Of a stretch of DNA of 64,000 nt, positions 36,783 to 45,916 are shown piece by piece (within the stretch, counting starts at the first letter, position 1; every line of letters starts with the position of its first letter). Location of the stretch: contig OX638340.1 in assembly GCA_951812955.1 (NCBI GenBank), positions 1,984,001 through 2,048,000 on the forward strand, written 5' to 3'. The notes under the pieces were generated by a model. That model searched no databases, was not told where the DNA came from, and worked only from the letters and a program-made list of their open reading frames with translations. The stretch comes from an uncultured Gemmatimonadota bacterium (GTDB lineage: Bacteria; JAAXHH01). Position numbers and translations under genes: made by a program.

Positions 36783-37823
36783 TCATTCGTCCGAAGAGGC
36801 TGGCGGATCCTCATCCTTAAGGTATCGCTCGGGAACGTCCGTGAATCCCCATCCCTGGAGCATCCCGGCCCATTCGCCGAGGTTCTCCTGCGATACGTGG
36901 ACCAGTTCGAGGGGATTGATGACGGGCACGTCCCGCTTAAGGTGGATCTTCTCGACGATCAGGCGGACGGATTCGTATCCCCACAGGTAGGTGGGCTGTC
37001 CCCAGAGCACAGGGACGATGCCCTGTTCGATGTAAGTTAGCTGGGGCGGCAGCGCGTCGACGGAGATGATCTTCATGCGGTCGGGATCCAGGTCGGTCAG
37101 CAGGGACTGGGTGAAAAGCGCCCACCCGCCGACCATGGCCCACCCCTCGATATCCGGGTAGGCGTTGTTGACCCGCACCACTTCGGCGGCGGCATCCTGG
37201 GGGGTCTCTATGTGGTAGAAAGTTCCCACGATCGAGATCTCCGGATACTCTGCGGCCTTCTGCAGGACCCCTTCGACGCGCTTACGCAGATTCGGGGCGT
37301 TCTGGTTGCCTGCAAGGATGGCCACGCGTCCCTTCCCGTCCATCGCCTTGGCCAGTTCTCCCATGATCAAGCCGCCGGTCTTGATGTCGTCCACACCGAA
37401 GAAGGCGAACCGCCTGGATTCAGGCGCGTCGCTGTCGAAAGTCATCACCGGCACGCCCCGCTCCACTGCGTCGTTAATGGCGCCCGTGACCTTGGCGGCG
37501 TCCGAACAGGAGATCAGGACCACGTCCGCGCCTTCGTTCACGGCCTGCGCGATCCGCTGCGCCTGGACCTGGCCGTCCTCCGTCGGCGGCGTGCGCCAGT
37601 CGATCACGATTTCGATACCGTGCTCGGCCGACAGCTCCCTGGCCGCGGCGTCCGCCCCGGTTCTGGAGGAGAGAAACACGGGATTGGTCGTGCTTTTGGC
37701 GATCATGGAGATCACGAGCCGGTTTTCGTCGACAGGCGCGTTCCCACCACAGCCCGTTCCGAAAACAAGCATGCTCACGGCCGGCAGGAGCAGGATCCGC
37801 AAACGCGTCATCAGGATTTCCAT
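36783..37823 (-). CDS. Sugar ABC transporter periplasmic substrate-binding protein (RbsB/LacI-type PBP fold), 346 aa
   Basis: Lipoprotein-like signal (FGTGCGG). Periplasmic binding protein type I profile. Confidence 0.75.
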   Translation of the reverse strand: MEILMTRLRILLLPAVSMLVFGTGCGGNAPVDENRLVISMIAKSTTNPVFLSSRTGADAAARELSAEHGIEIVIDWRTPPTEDGQVQAQRIAQAVNEGADVVLISCSDAAKVTGAINDAVERGVPVMTFDSDAPESRRFAFFGVDDIKTGGLIMGELAKAMDGKGRVAILAGNQNAPNLRKRVEGVLQKAAEYPEISIVGTFYHIETPQDAAAEVVRVNNAYPDIEGWAMVGGWALFTQSLLTDLDPDRMKIISVDALPPQLTYIEQGIVPVLWGQPTYLWGYESVRLIVEKIHLKRDVPVINPLELVHVSQENLGEWAGMLQGWGFTDVPERYLKDEDPPASSDE

Positions 37824-37864
37824 CAGGCTAAGTCCTTTCTTTACAGGTCTGACTCGAAGTGGGC

Positions 37865-38884
37865 CTAACCCGCCTCCACCAGCCTGCGCGCGGTGAGACG
37901 ACGGTTCACCTGGTCAAGTACGACGGCGACGATGATCGCGCATCCGATCACGACCCACTCGTAGTTCTGGTCCAGGTGCAGGGTGCGGATGGACTGACGG
38001 ATCAGGACGATCAGCATGGCGCCGAGCATGGCGTTGACCGCGCTGCCCCGGCCGCCGCGTAGACTCGCGCCTCCGACGACTGCCGATGCGATGACGTATA
38101 GTTCATATCCGGTTGCGTCGGCACAGGAGGCCGAACCGTAGTAACTACTGCCCACCAGTGCGGCGATGCTCGCTGTAAGGCCCGATACCACGTACACGCC
38201 CACCAGGATTCGGTCGATCCTGAGGCCGGCATACCGGCTGGCCTCCAGGTTGCCGCCCACGGCGAATATGTGGCGCCCCATGACCGTACGGGACAGGTAC
38301 ACGGCGCCCGCGGCGGTGATGACAAGCATGATGATCATGGGCATTGGGTAAAGCGCATCGGAACCGAAGGATAGCTTGATCACATCCGTCAGCGCCTGCG
38401 GCACGAGGATGCTCTCCGCCTCGCTGATTACGAAGGCTATGCCACGGAATACCCACATCGTGCCAAGTGTTACGATAAAGGGATGTACGCGGAGTCCGAC
38501 CACCATGACCCCGTTCAACAGGCCGCACAGGAGGCCGAGACACAGACAGACCAGGACGGCCAGCATGACCACGGATAAGGGACTATCCGGCGCCATGGAC
38601 CGCAATACCATGGCGGTCAATACACCGGACAGCGCGTAGATCGAGCCGACCGATAGATCGATCCCTCCTGAGATAATCACCATGGTCGCCCCGACCGCCA
38701 TGATCACGAAGAAACTGGCGTCGGTCGCCGTCTGCATCAGAGTGCGGGAATTCAGGAAGTTGTTGACGAGTTCACCCGTCGAACGGTCCACGTGGTATCC
38801 TGCGAAAACGGAGAGTACCGCACCGAGCAGCAGGATGACGAGGAGCAAGCCTGTTTGCTGTGAACCGAGCAGGATACGAAGCAT
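37865..38884 (-). CDS. Sugar ABC transporter permease (RbsC/AraH-type, about 10 TM), 339 aa
   Basis: BPD_transp_2 profile. Operon order is permease-SBP-ATPase. Confidence 0.8.
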   Translation of the reverse strand: MLRILLGSQQTGLLLVILLLGAVLSVFAGYHVDRSTGELVNNFLNSRTLMQTATDASFFVIMAVGATMVIISGGIDLSVGSIYALSGVLTAMVLRSMAPDSPLSVVMLAVLVCLCLGLLCGLLNGVMVVGLRVHPFIVTLGTMWVFRGIAFVISEAESILVPQALTDVIKLSFGSDALYPMPMIIMLVITAAGAVYLSRTVMGRHIFAVGGNLEASRYAGLRIDRILVGVYVVSGLTASIAALVGSSYYGSASCADATGYELYVIASAVVGGASLRGGRGSAVNAMLGAMLIVLIRQSIRTLHLDQNYEWVVIGCAIIVAVVLDQVNRRLTARRLVEAG

Positions 38885-39056
38885 GAATGGGTCGGTGTTC
38901 CAGGCGTTCGCCAGGTTTCTGGATGTGATTCGGATGTCCTGGAATGGTACGGAAGCCCCGGATTAAATCAAGGAAAACGTGCAGTTGGTCAAGCACGCCG
39001 GGCGGGTCGTCAGACATGCCGAAAACCGTTCGATCGGTCGCAGGAAACTTCGCCAA

Positions 39057-39093
39057 AGAAAAACCCCGACATGCGTCTGCGGACATGCCGGGG
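39057..39093 (-). terminator. Rho-independent terminator downstream of the 39131-39469 gene
   Basis: On the minus strand: CCCCGGCATGTCCGCAGACGCATGTCGGGG followed by TTTTT. Confidence 0.6.
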
Positions 39094-39130
39094 TCGTGTT
39101 TGTAAGATCAGATTGCGCGGTGCCGCCGAG

Positions 39131-39469
39131 TCAGGACGCCTTCTTGTCCTCCCGTTCCTCATCCTCGTGCCGCAGTTCTTCTTCCCGGTCCGCTATGCTC
39201 TCCTGCGACGCCTTGACCCGTTCCAGAATGCCATTCACCTCCGTATCTCCCGACACGTCGGTGATTCCTTCCTCGACCACCATCTGGTGTACACGGCCGC
39301 CAAGTTCGGTCAACTGGTTGCGGATATCGGCGCGGGCCGACTGAATTTCAAGCTTAATCCGTCCTTTCCGCGTGAGGTCTTCCGCCATGTCCAGCGCGCC
39401 GGACAGGCTTTTGCGCACGGTTTCGAACGGGCCGTCCAATTCCGACTTGATCGTTTGCCAGAGGTTCAT
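39131..39469 (-). CDS. Small acidic coiled-coil protein, unknown function, 112 aa
   Basis: GGAG RBS 7 nt upstream of the ATG and its own terminator. Predicted helical, Glu/Arg-rich. No family recognised. Confidence 0.5.
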   Translation of the reverse strand: MNLWQTIKSELDGPFETVRKSLSGALDMAEDLTRKGRIKLEIQSARADIRNQLTELGGRVHQMVVEEGITDVSGDTEVNGILERVKASQESIADREEELRHEDEEREDKKAS

Positions 39470-39595
39470 GATGCAACTCCTTTTCCTGGTGCCTTCGTGG
39501 GTCTTTGAATCGCGGTTCGGCGGACGAAAGGTCTTTACAGGTTAGACGTTCGTTTTGCCGTCCGGGTTTCAGTATACCGCAAGCGAGAAACCGCG

Positions 39596-40285
39596 TCAAC
39601 GATAGAGCGCGTAGGCGACTATGTTGATCCCCATTCGAAAGGCGGTCTCCCGTTTCGCCGGCGGATCGTTGTGGGTCTTTTCGTCGGCCCAGCCGTCACT
39701 GACATTGCTTTCGTACGTGTAATACACTACCAGCCGTCCGTCGTGGAAGAGGCCGAATCCCCGCGGCGGTTTGCCATCGTGTTCGTGATGTTTGGGCGGG
39801 CCGGACGGGAAGTCGTAGATGATGTGATAGATCGGATGGTCGAAAGGCAACTCGACAAAATCCTGGTCGGGAAAGACGCGCTTCATTTCCCGACGAAATG
39901 CCCGGTCCATGCCGTAATCGTCATCGGCATAGAGAAACCCGCCGCGCGTCAAGTACTTACGCAGGTTGCGGATTTCCGGCTCGGTCCACTTCACTTCTCC
40001 GTGGCCGGTCATGAACAGGAAGGGTGAAGAGAACAACAGATCATCGGTCAGGGTTACGACACGCTGATCCAGATTCGTCTCTATGCCGGCGCGCAGTTGC
40101 AGTTCACGGGCCAGGTTGGGAATCGCCTCGGGGTCGTTGTACCAATCGCCCCCGCCGTCGTACTTCATCCGCGCAATGGACAGCCTGCCGTTTTCGTTCT
40201 CGGCTGCGCGCCCGTAAGAAGCCGTCCACCCGGAGGCGAGGCCGCACAGCAGGAGCGCGGTCACGCTTCTGAGGAAGGAGTTCAT
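39596..40285 (-). CDS. Secreted DUF4159-family protein, about 229 aa
   Basis: Signal peptide (LLLCGLASGWTASYG). Start at MNSFLRS; the ORF-track N-terminal extension is Pro/Ala-rich and unlikely to be real. Conserved LFMTGHGEVKWTEPEIRNLRKYLTRGGFLYADDDYG block. The DUF4159 assignment is from memory. Confidence 0.5.
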   Translation of the reverse strand: MNSFLRSVTALLLCGLASGWTASYGRAAENENGRLSIARMKYDGGGDWYNDPEAIPNLARELQLRAGIETNLDQRVVTLTDDLLFSSPFLFMTGHGEVKWTEPEIRNLRKYLTRGGFLYADDDYGMDRAFRREMKRVFPDQDFVELPFDHPIYHIIYDFPSGPPKHHEHDGKPPRGFGLFHDGRLVVYYTYESNVSDGWADEKTHNDPPAKRETAFRMGINIVAYALYR

Positions 40286-40301
40286 CGCGGGAGGCTCCGG
40301 A

Positions 40302-40469
40302 TCATCTGCGACCGCCGGGCCTGGCGGGCCGGGCTCTGCCGCCCGTGCGAGGTCCGGAGGCACGCACGCGCTGTCCGCCGCCGGCAAGTGCCATCAGATA
40401 GACCAGGCCAATCGCGACTAAACCCAGAATAACCGTACCGATCACGCTGAAACCAATCGTCGCCAGCAT
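40302..40469 (-). CDS. Predicted 55-aa single-TM micro-protein (MLATIGFSVIGTVILGLVAIGLVYLMALAGGGQRVRASGPRTGGRARPARPGGRR); not in the ORF track
   Basis: ATG preceded by AAGGAGA at -11 to -5. Hydrophobic helix followed by a basic tail. Ends 16 nt before the DUF4159 start. Confidence 0.35.
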   Translation of the reverse strand: MLATIGFSVIGTVILGLVAIGLVYLMALAGGGQRVRASGPRTGGRARPARPGGRR

Positions 40470-40537
40470 ACCGTCTCCTTACAGTTGATGATGCGTCCAA
40501 GGGATACAGCCCTCAATCAAGATCCCCGAGGTTTGCT

Positions 40538-41542
40538 TCACCCGTCGACTCCCGCGGGCCGCCCGCTGTCTTTCAGGCTCCAGTCCAGCAGACGCTTCAT
40601 GTCCGTGAACCGTGTTCGGCTGGTCGGTCCGCCAAGTATGACGGCGTAAATGTCATCTCCCGAGTCTCCACGCGCACGCATGACGAGACAGTATCCGGCC
40701 CGGCGGATGTAACCTGTCTTGCTGCCCATGCTCTCCCACTGACTTTGAAACACCCTGTCGCGCACCAGCCGATTGGTGGTCCGTATAGTATGCGTCCGCC
40801 TGTTCGTACCAAACCTGTGCTCCCTTGCAAACAGGACTTCCGCCAGTAATTCATCCTGCAGCGCGGTCCACAGAAGGGCTACGCAGTCCACCGCCGAGGA
40901 AACATTACCGGCGTCCAGCCCGGTAGGTTCGGTAAATCGGGAGTTTGCCAGACCAAGTGATGCCGCAGTTGCGTTCATGCGGTTCGCGAATGCATCGATG
41001 GTAAGGCCCGATGCGCGTGCCAGTGCGCGCGCCGCTGCGTTATCCGAAGCGACCAGGGTTGCGTAAAGCAGGTCCTTCGCCGAGACCTGTTCCCCGAACC
41101 TGAGTCGTGTCCAGTTAGCCCGGTATACGTCCTGTCGTGAAATGCTGACCCGCTTATCCAGATCCGGATCCATCCGCATATAGGTCACCGCGGTCATCAG
41201 TTTCGTGATACTCGCGATCGGGAACGGCGACGTGGCATTCTTCTGATAGATCACCTCGCCCTTCTGCATATCTATGACAAGCGCGGCCCGGGAGCGTACG
41301 CGGATTCCGCGGTCGCGCGCCGTTGACCCGGCGGTCTGCGGTTCAGCCCTTCCGGGAGCCGCTTCCGGGGCAGACGGTACGGGGGGATATACGTCATCGT
41401 TGCGGACTTCAGCCCCGTTCGATACGGCCTCCGGTTCTGATCCGAAGACCGGTACCGGGTTCACGGAAACTGAAACGGCGAGAAGCACCAGAGCGCACGT
41501 AGCCCAAGCCGTCCTGTAACGGGTCGAAACGGCATTGTCCAT
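40538..41542 (-). CDS. D-alanyl-D-alanine carboxypeptidase (S11 peptidase, PBP5/DacA-like), 334 aa
   Basis: Signal peptide, SITK (SxxK) active site, SDN and KTG-like motifs. Confidence 0.8.
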   Translation of the reverse strand: MDNAVSTRYRTAWATCALVLLAVSVSVNPVPVFGSEPEAVSNGAEVRNDDVYPPVPSAPEAAPGRAEPQTAGSTARDRGIRVRSRAALVIDMQKGEVIYQKNATSPFPIASITKLMTAVTYMRMDPDLDKRVSISRQDVYRANWTRLRFGEQVSAKDLLYATLVASDNAAARALARASGLTIDAFANRMNATAASLGLANSRFTEPTGLDAGNVSSAVDCVALLWTALQDELLAEVLFAREHRFGTNRRTHTIRTTNRLVRDRVFQSQWESMGSKTGYIRRAGYCLVMRARGDSGDDIYAVILGGPTSRTRFTDMKRLLDWSLKDSGRPAGVDG

Positions 41543-41576
41543 AGGCTGGGATTATAGGAAGGGGGATGTACCTAAG

Positions 41577-43127
41577 TCAAGGTGATTCAAGCCGGAAATC
41601 CAGACTGGCCTGCAGGGAAGGTACATCCCTGTCCAGGCCATCTTCATCCTTCGAGACCGACTGGCCATCTCCGACGGGCTGAAGATCGATATGGACCCTG
41701 ACCTGGCGGTCCTCGATACTGAACGAGGAATAGGACAGGTCCTGAGGGAGGATTTTCAATCGGCAGTCGAAGATCCGGTTTTCGGTAATTTCGGAGAGTT
41801 CAATCGTGGGCGAAGTCACTACCCGCACGATCTGGTCAATTTCCATTTCCCGGCCGGTTATGGGTACCGAGGGCGGATCAACGGTGACCCGCACGATTTC
41901 CAGGCCCTCCGGCAATTTGCCCGCCAGTTCGTGATCGATCATGATCCGTCTGTTCACGATTCGATCGGACCTGATGGTGAGGCTTCTCGGATCGATCGAG
42001 GTGGCGTCGACCCCGAAAGGCAATTCTACATTTGCTTCCGTGAGCGGCATGGTGTGGGTCCCGGGTTCAATATCGTCCAGATCGACCATGACGCGTACTT
42101 GGTCCGACGTCAGGGTTGAAATACTGCCCTGTGGGCCCCGAACCCTTACGTTCACCTCGCTGGTCGAATTGCTGATCAACTCGATATTGGTCGGAATGTT
42201 CTGAAATTCCAACGCGGCTGTTATGGCTATTTCGGAGGTGTGCTGGCCGATCAGGGTGAACCACAACAGGCAGGAAACCCCGATCGAGGCCAATTTGGCG
42301 GTGAGGCTGCTGCGATTGAGCCGGAATCCCGACCGGAGCGCGAAGATCTTCGCCATGGCCTCCCTCAGCGACGGCCTGCTTCGTGGTATCTCGATCGGCA
42401 GCAACGATTTCTCCAGCGTCTGCCAGAGTTTTTCGCGGTCGGCCACGGCGGTGATATCACCGTTGGACGCCACGGAAACCTCGCCGCTCTCTTCGGACAC
42501 CACCACGCAAAATGTATCGCCGAGTTCTGAAACCCCCAGTGCCGCCCGGTGCCGCGTGCCGTACCGGGGCGGGAGATGGTCCCTGGACGAAAGCGGCAGG
42601 TAGGTGCCGGCTTCGACCACACGGTCCTTCTTCACGATAATCGCGCCATCGTGTATTGGCGAGGCGGGATGAAAGATGCTGACGATCAGTTCCTGGCTTA
42701 CGAGACTGTCGAGTTTGATGCCGTGCTGCACGGCGCCGGTAATCCCGGTCGCCCTGGGGAAGACCAGCAGGCCGCCGATGCGCTTCTCGGACAGTTCGAA
42801 ACAGGCCTCGGTGATCTCCTTCAGAATGCGACGGGAGACCGGGTTGTTCTTGAACCTGAAGATTACCAGGGGACTCACTCTCTCCAGCAGTTGCCTGATC
42901 TCAGGCTGGAAGACCACGATGATCAGTAGGAGAATAACACCGAGGAGGTACTGCAGAATCTGGGTGGTAAGGAGGAGTCCGCTCCAGTTCGCGATACTGT
43001 AGAGGATACCCAGACCGCCGAGACCGATCAGGATATGATAGGCCCGCGTGCCCTCCAGCCACATGTAAAGGCTGTAGATCAACGCCGCTATGATGAAAAT
43101 ATCCAGCAGGTTGACTAGATCAAACAT
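41577..43127 (-). CDS. cdaA: Diadenylate cyclase CdaA fused to a CdaR-like TM helix plus YbbR-like domains, 516 aa
   Basis: Three N-terminal TMs, DAC domain (DGAIIV, TRHRAALG), a fourth TM (LASIGVSCLLWFTLIG), then two YbbR-like beta-rich repeats (VNVRVRG...VDLDDIEPG...; VRVTVDPPSVPITG...). Single uninterrupted ORF. Confidence 0.75.
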   Translation of the reverse strand: MFDLVNLLDIFIIAALIYSLYMWLEGTRAYHILIGLGGLGILYSIANWSGLLLTTQILQYLLGVILLLIIVVFQPEIRQLLERVSPLVIFRFKNNPVSRRILKEITEACFELSEKRIGGLLVFPRATGITGAVQHGIKLDSLVSQELIVSIFHPASPIHDGAIIVKKDRVVEAGTYLPLSSRDHLPPRYGTRHRAALGVSELGDTFCVVVSEESGEVSVASNGDITAVADREKLWQTLEKSLLPIEIPRSRPSLREAMAKIFALRSGFRLNRSSLTAKLASIGVSCLLWFTLIGQHTSEIAITAALEFQNIPTNIELISNSTSEVNVRVRGPQGSISTLTSDQVRVMVDLDDIEPGTHTMPLTEANVELPFGVDATSIDPRSLTIRSDRIVNRRIMIDHELAGKLPEGLEIVRVTVDPPSVPITGREMEIDQIVRVVTSPTIELSEITENRIFDCRLKILPQDLSYSSFSIEDRQVRVHIDLQPVGDGQSVSKDEDGLDRDVPSLQASLDFRLESP

Positions 43128-43252
43128 CGGTGTGGATTCCCCGGGCGTGGATTATGTTTTGCCATACTGAGGTTGACAGGATTTCACGCATATGAAAGAT
43201 AAGTCAAAATGGGACGCTTGCCAATAACAACGATTCCCGGACCGGATCGCCG

Positions 43253-44038
43253 TCAAACAGCCTGCCCGCTCCGGGATGGGGGCACTGTACGTTCGCTCCG
43301 GGATGGGGATGCCGCCCGATCGTCGCGGGATGCAGTTGCCGCACGGTCGCTCCGGGATGGGGGCGCCGCACGGTCGCCGGTCCGCAGCGGAGGCAGGGTC
43401 AGGACGTTGCTGAAGGCCGTTCCGCCCGAAACGACGAATTCCAGGGCTTCCTCCACGGGCAGGTCCACGGGTATCACGTCCCGCCGAGGCACGATCACGA
43501 CGCGGCCGGCCGCGGGATTGGGTGTGTTGGGAACGAAGACGCTGACCATATTCTCGCGATCGTCCTCACTGGGGATCTCCCCGGCTATGAAAGCGATCAT
43601 CCACGCCCCGCGGCGCGGGTACTCCACCAACACCGTCTTCCATGTGCGGGTCTCACCCACCTTCGCGAAGGAGTCCAGCAGTTTCTTTACCGGGTGGTAG
43701 ACTCTTCGTGCGACGGGCAGCCGCATCATCTGGTCCTCGAACCAGGAAATCAACCTGCTGCCCAGAACGTTCGACGCTACGAAGCCGGCCAGGTAGATCA
43801 CGACCAGCATGAGCAGAATTCCCAGTCCCGGTATGCGGGTATCCAGGTCCAGCAGTCCCCGGATGACCGGTTCGGCGAACGAGTCCAGCCAGGTCAGTAG
43901 CCAACTCAGTATGGCGACCGTGGCGGCGAGCGGGATCAGCACGAGCAATCCCGACACCATCGTTCGCTTCACGTTCTGACGGATACGCGCTATCGCCGAA
44001 GGGCGCTTCAAATTGGAATCGAGATGGAAGGTGGACAT
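43253..44038 (-). CDS. DUF502-family membrane protein with a C-terminal 9-aa tandem-repeat tail, about 261 aa
   Basis: Two N-terminal TMs and the DUF502 core. C-terminus PPSRSDRAA/TASRDDRAA/SPSRSERTV/PPSRSGQAV. Start at MSTFHLD (44038). Confidence 0.6.
   Translation of the reverse strand: MSTFHLDSNLKRPSAIARIRQNVKRTMVSGLLVLIPLAATVAILSWLLTWLDSFAEPVIRGLLDLDTRIPGLGILLMLVVIYLAGFVASNVLGSRLISWFEDQMMRLPVARRVYHPVKKLLDSFAKVGETRTWKTVLVEYPRRGAWMIAFIAGEIPSEDDRENMVSVFVPNTPNPAAGRVVIVPRRDVIPVDLPVEEALEFVVSGGTAFSNVLTLPPLRTGDRAAPPSRSDRAATASRDDRAASPSRSERTVPPSRSGQAV
43267..43374. repeat. Four tandem copies of a 27-bp unit (CGCTCCGGGATGGGGGCNCCGCACGGT) encoding the DUF502 C-terminal repeats
   Basis: Direct reading of copies at 43267, 43294, 43321 and 43348. 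Confidence 0.8.
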
Positions 44039-44194
44039 AGGCACATTGCTCGAAAAATCGACAACCCGGGAATACGGTACCGGCCACACGGCCGCATGGA
44101 ATTCCTTGGCGTTCCATCGATCCGGCCAGCCGCATCAGGCTATTGACCGGCTACCCTGGCTACCCTATTTGACGCTGAATCTGCTACGATGGTT

Positions 44195-45895
44195 CTATAC
44201 CTTGAACAGCTGGCCCATCCTCTTGCCAAGTACTTTACCTGTAAATAGCAAACTGCATGCCAACAGGACCATACCCAGCATGCCCATGGCACTCGCCATG
44301 TAGGGACCGTCGGTAATGCGGCCCATCAGGCTGTATATAGCCTTGGTGATGGGATAATACGGTTCCTTGATGGCCAGGATCAGGCTGTCGCTCACTTCGA
44401 GCATGGCGAAGGAAAAAGAGAGAATGGCGCCTGCCGCGATATTGGCCAGTACGAGCGGCATGGTGATCTTCCATAGCGTTCTCAAGGGGCCGGCGCCCAT
44501 GTTCATGGAGGCCTCTTCCAGGGTGACGCTCATCTGCTGGAATCCGGCGTAGGCCGCCCGGACCATGTACGGAAGGCGGCGCACGGCGTAGGCGATGATC
44601 AACAGGGGAACGGGGGAAATGCGGACGTCCAGTACGGTTCCCGAAAAACCGGAGATGTAGCCGAATGCGAGTACCAGGCCCGGCAGCGCAAGGGGCAACA
44701 TGGCCACGGCGTCCAGCGTGTCCCGGAACGGAAAACGGCGCCGGGTAAGCAGGTAGGCGATGGCGACGCCGAGGACGATATCGATGGCGGTGCTCATCAC
44801 ACTCAGCCACAGGCTGTTCCTGATGGAGAGCAGCGTCAGGTCGTGCTCGAAGATCTGACCGTAATAGGCCGTGGTATAATCGGAGGGAAGCACAGTCATG
44901 AACCAGCGCTCGGTCACGGAAGTGAGCACCACACTGAGGTGGGGGATCAGCGCGATACCCGTGATGGAGAGCAGCATGCCCCAGATCAGTACGGTCTCGA
45001 AAGAGGTCGCGCGTTTCGAGGCCGACGTCACGTGGCCGCGGGCGACCATTTCGTAGTGACGGCCGCCGAAGAACTTCTTGGACAGGTAGAACAGGGCGAG
45101 GGTGACCAGGACGACGAAGACGACCAGGGCGTATCCCAGCGGATTCCCATGGACATCGGTGGACATGTTGAAGATCTGGACCGCCACCACCTCGCGAAAC
45201 TCGAAGATCAGGGGCGTGCCCAGGTCCGTAAAAGCCCAGATGAACACGATGATCGCGCCGGCGAAGTATCCGGGCAGCATGAGGGGAAACGTGATGGTGC
45301 GAAACAGCCGGAAGCCGCCGGCGCCCACGTTGCGGGCCGACTCCTCCAGGCTCGGGTCCACGTTGGCCAGCCCGGCGGCGATGTTCAGGTACATGATGGG
45401 GTAGAGGTGCAGCGCTTCGAGGATCACCACGCCCCAGAATCCGCCGCCTCCGAACCAGTCGATGGGTGCGTCGATCAAGCCCGATTCGAGCAGGAACAGG
45501 TTGATCGAGCCGAAACGGGCGAACATCTGTTTCATCCCGATGGCGCCCACGAAAGGGGGCATGATCATGGGCACCAGCGCGAGTCCGCCCAGCAACCCCC
45601 TCCCAATGAAATCGTACCTGACCAGCGCGACGGCCATGGGCAGGCTGATGATCGTCGTCAGCGCGGTGGTCACGATACCCAGCTCAAAACTGTTTAGCAG
45701 GGCGCGTTGCTGGACCGGGCTCTGCAACATCAGCCCGAAGAACTCCATGGAGAACTGCTCGTCCGTGTAGAAAGCGTTCATCAGGACGTGCAGGATCGGA
45801 TAGAACAGGAAGAGGCCGAAGAAAAGGACGAGGACGCCCAGAATGGCGATGACGCCGGGAGTGAGGTCCGAGAGATCGAATCGGGTACGGTTCAT
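44195..45895 (-). CDS. ABC transporter permease with two fused permease domains (FbpB/ThiP/iron(III)-type), 566 aa
   Basis: Two BPD_transp_1 domains with EAA-like loops. About 12 TM segments. Confidence 0.75.
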   Translation of the reverse strand: MNRTRFDLSDLTPGVIAILGVLVLFFGLFLFYPILHVLMNAFYTDEQFSMEFFGLMLQSPVQQRALLNSFELGIVTTALTTIISLPMAVALVRYDFIGRGLLGGLALVPMIMPPFVGAIGMKQMFARFGSINLFLLESGLIDAPIDWFGGGGFWGVVILEALHLYPIMYLNIAAGLANVDPSLEESARNVGAGGFRLFRTITFPLMLPGYFAGAIIVFIWAFTDLGTPLIFEFREVVAVQIFNMSTDVHGNPLGYALVVFVVLVTLALFYLSKKFFGGRHYEMVARGHVTSASKRATSFETVLIWGMLLSITGIALIPHLSVVLTSVTERWFMTVLPSDYTTAYYGQIFEHDLTLLSIRNSLWLSVMSTAIDIVLGVAIAYLLTRRRFPFRDTLDAVAMLPLALPGLVLAFGYISGFSGTVLDVRISPVPLLIIAYAVRRLPYMVRAAYAGFQQMSVTLEEASMNMGAGPLRTLWKITMPLVLANIAAGAILSFSFAMLEVSDSLILAIKEPYYPITKAIYSLMGRITDGPYMASAMGMLGMVLLACSLLFTGKVLGKRMGQLFKV

Positions 45896-45916
45896 GAGCG
45901 TATGCTTCGCGGCACC

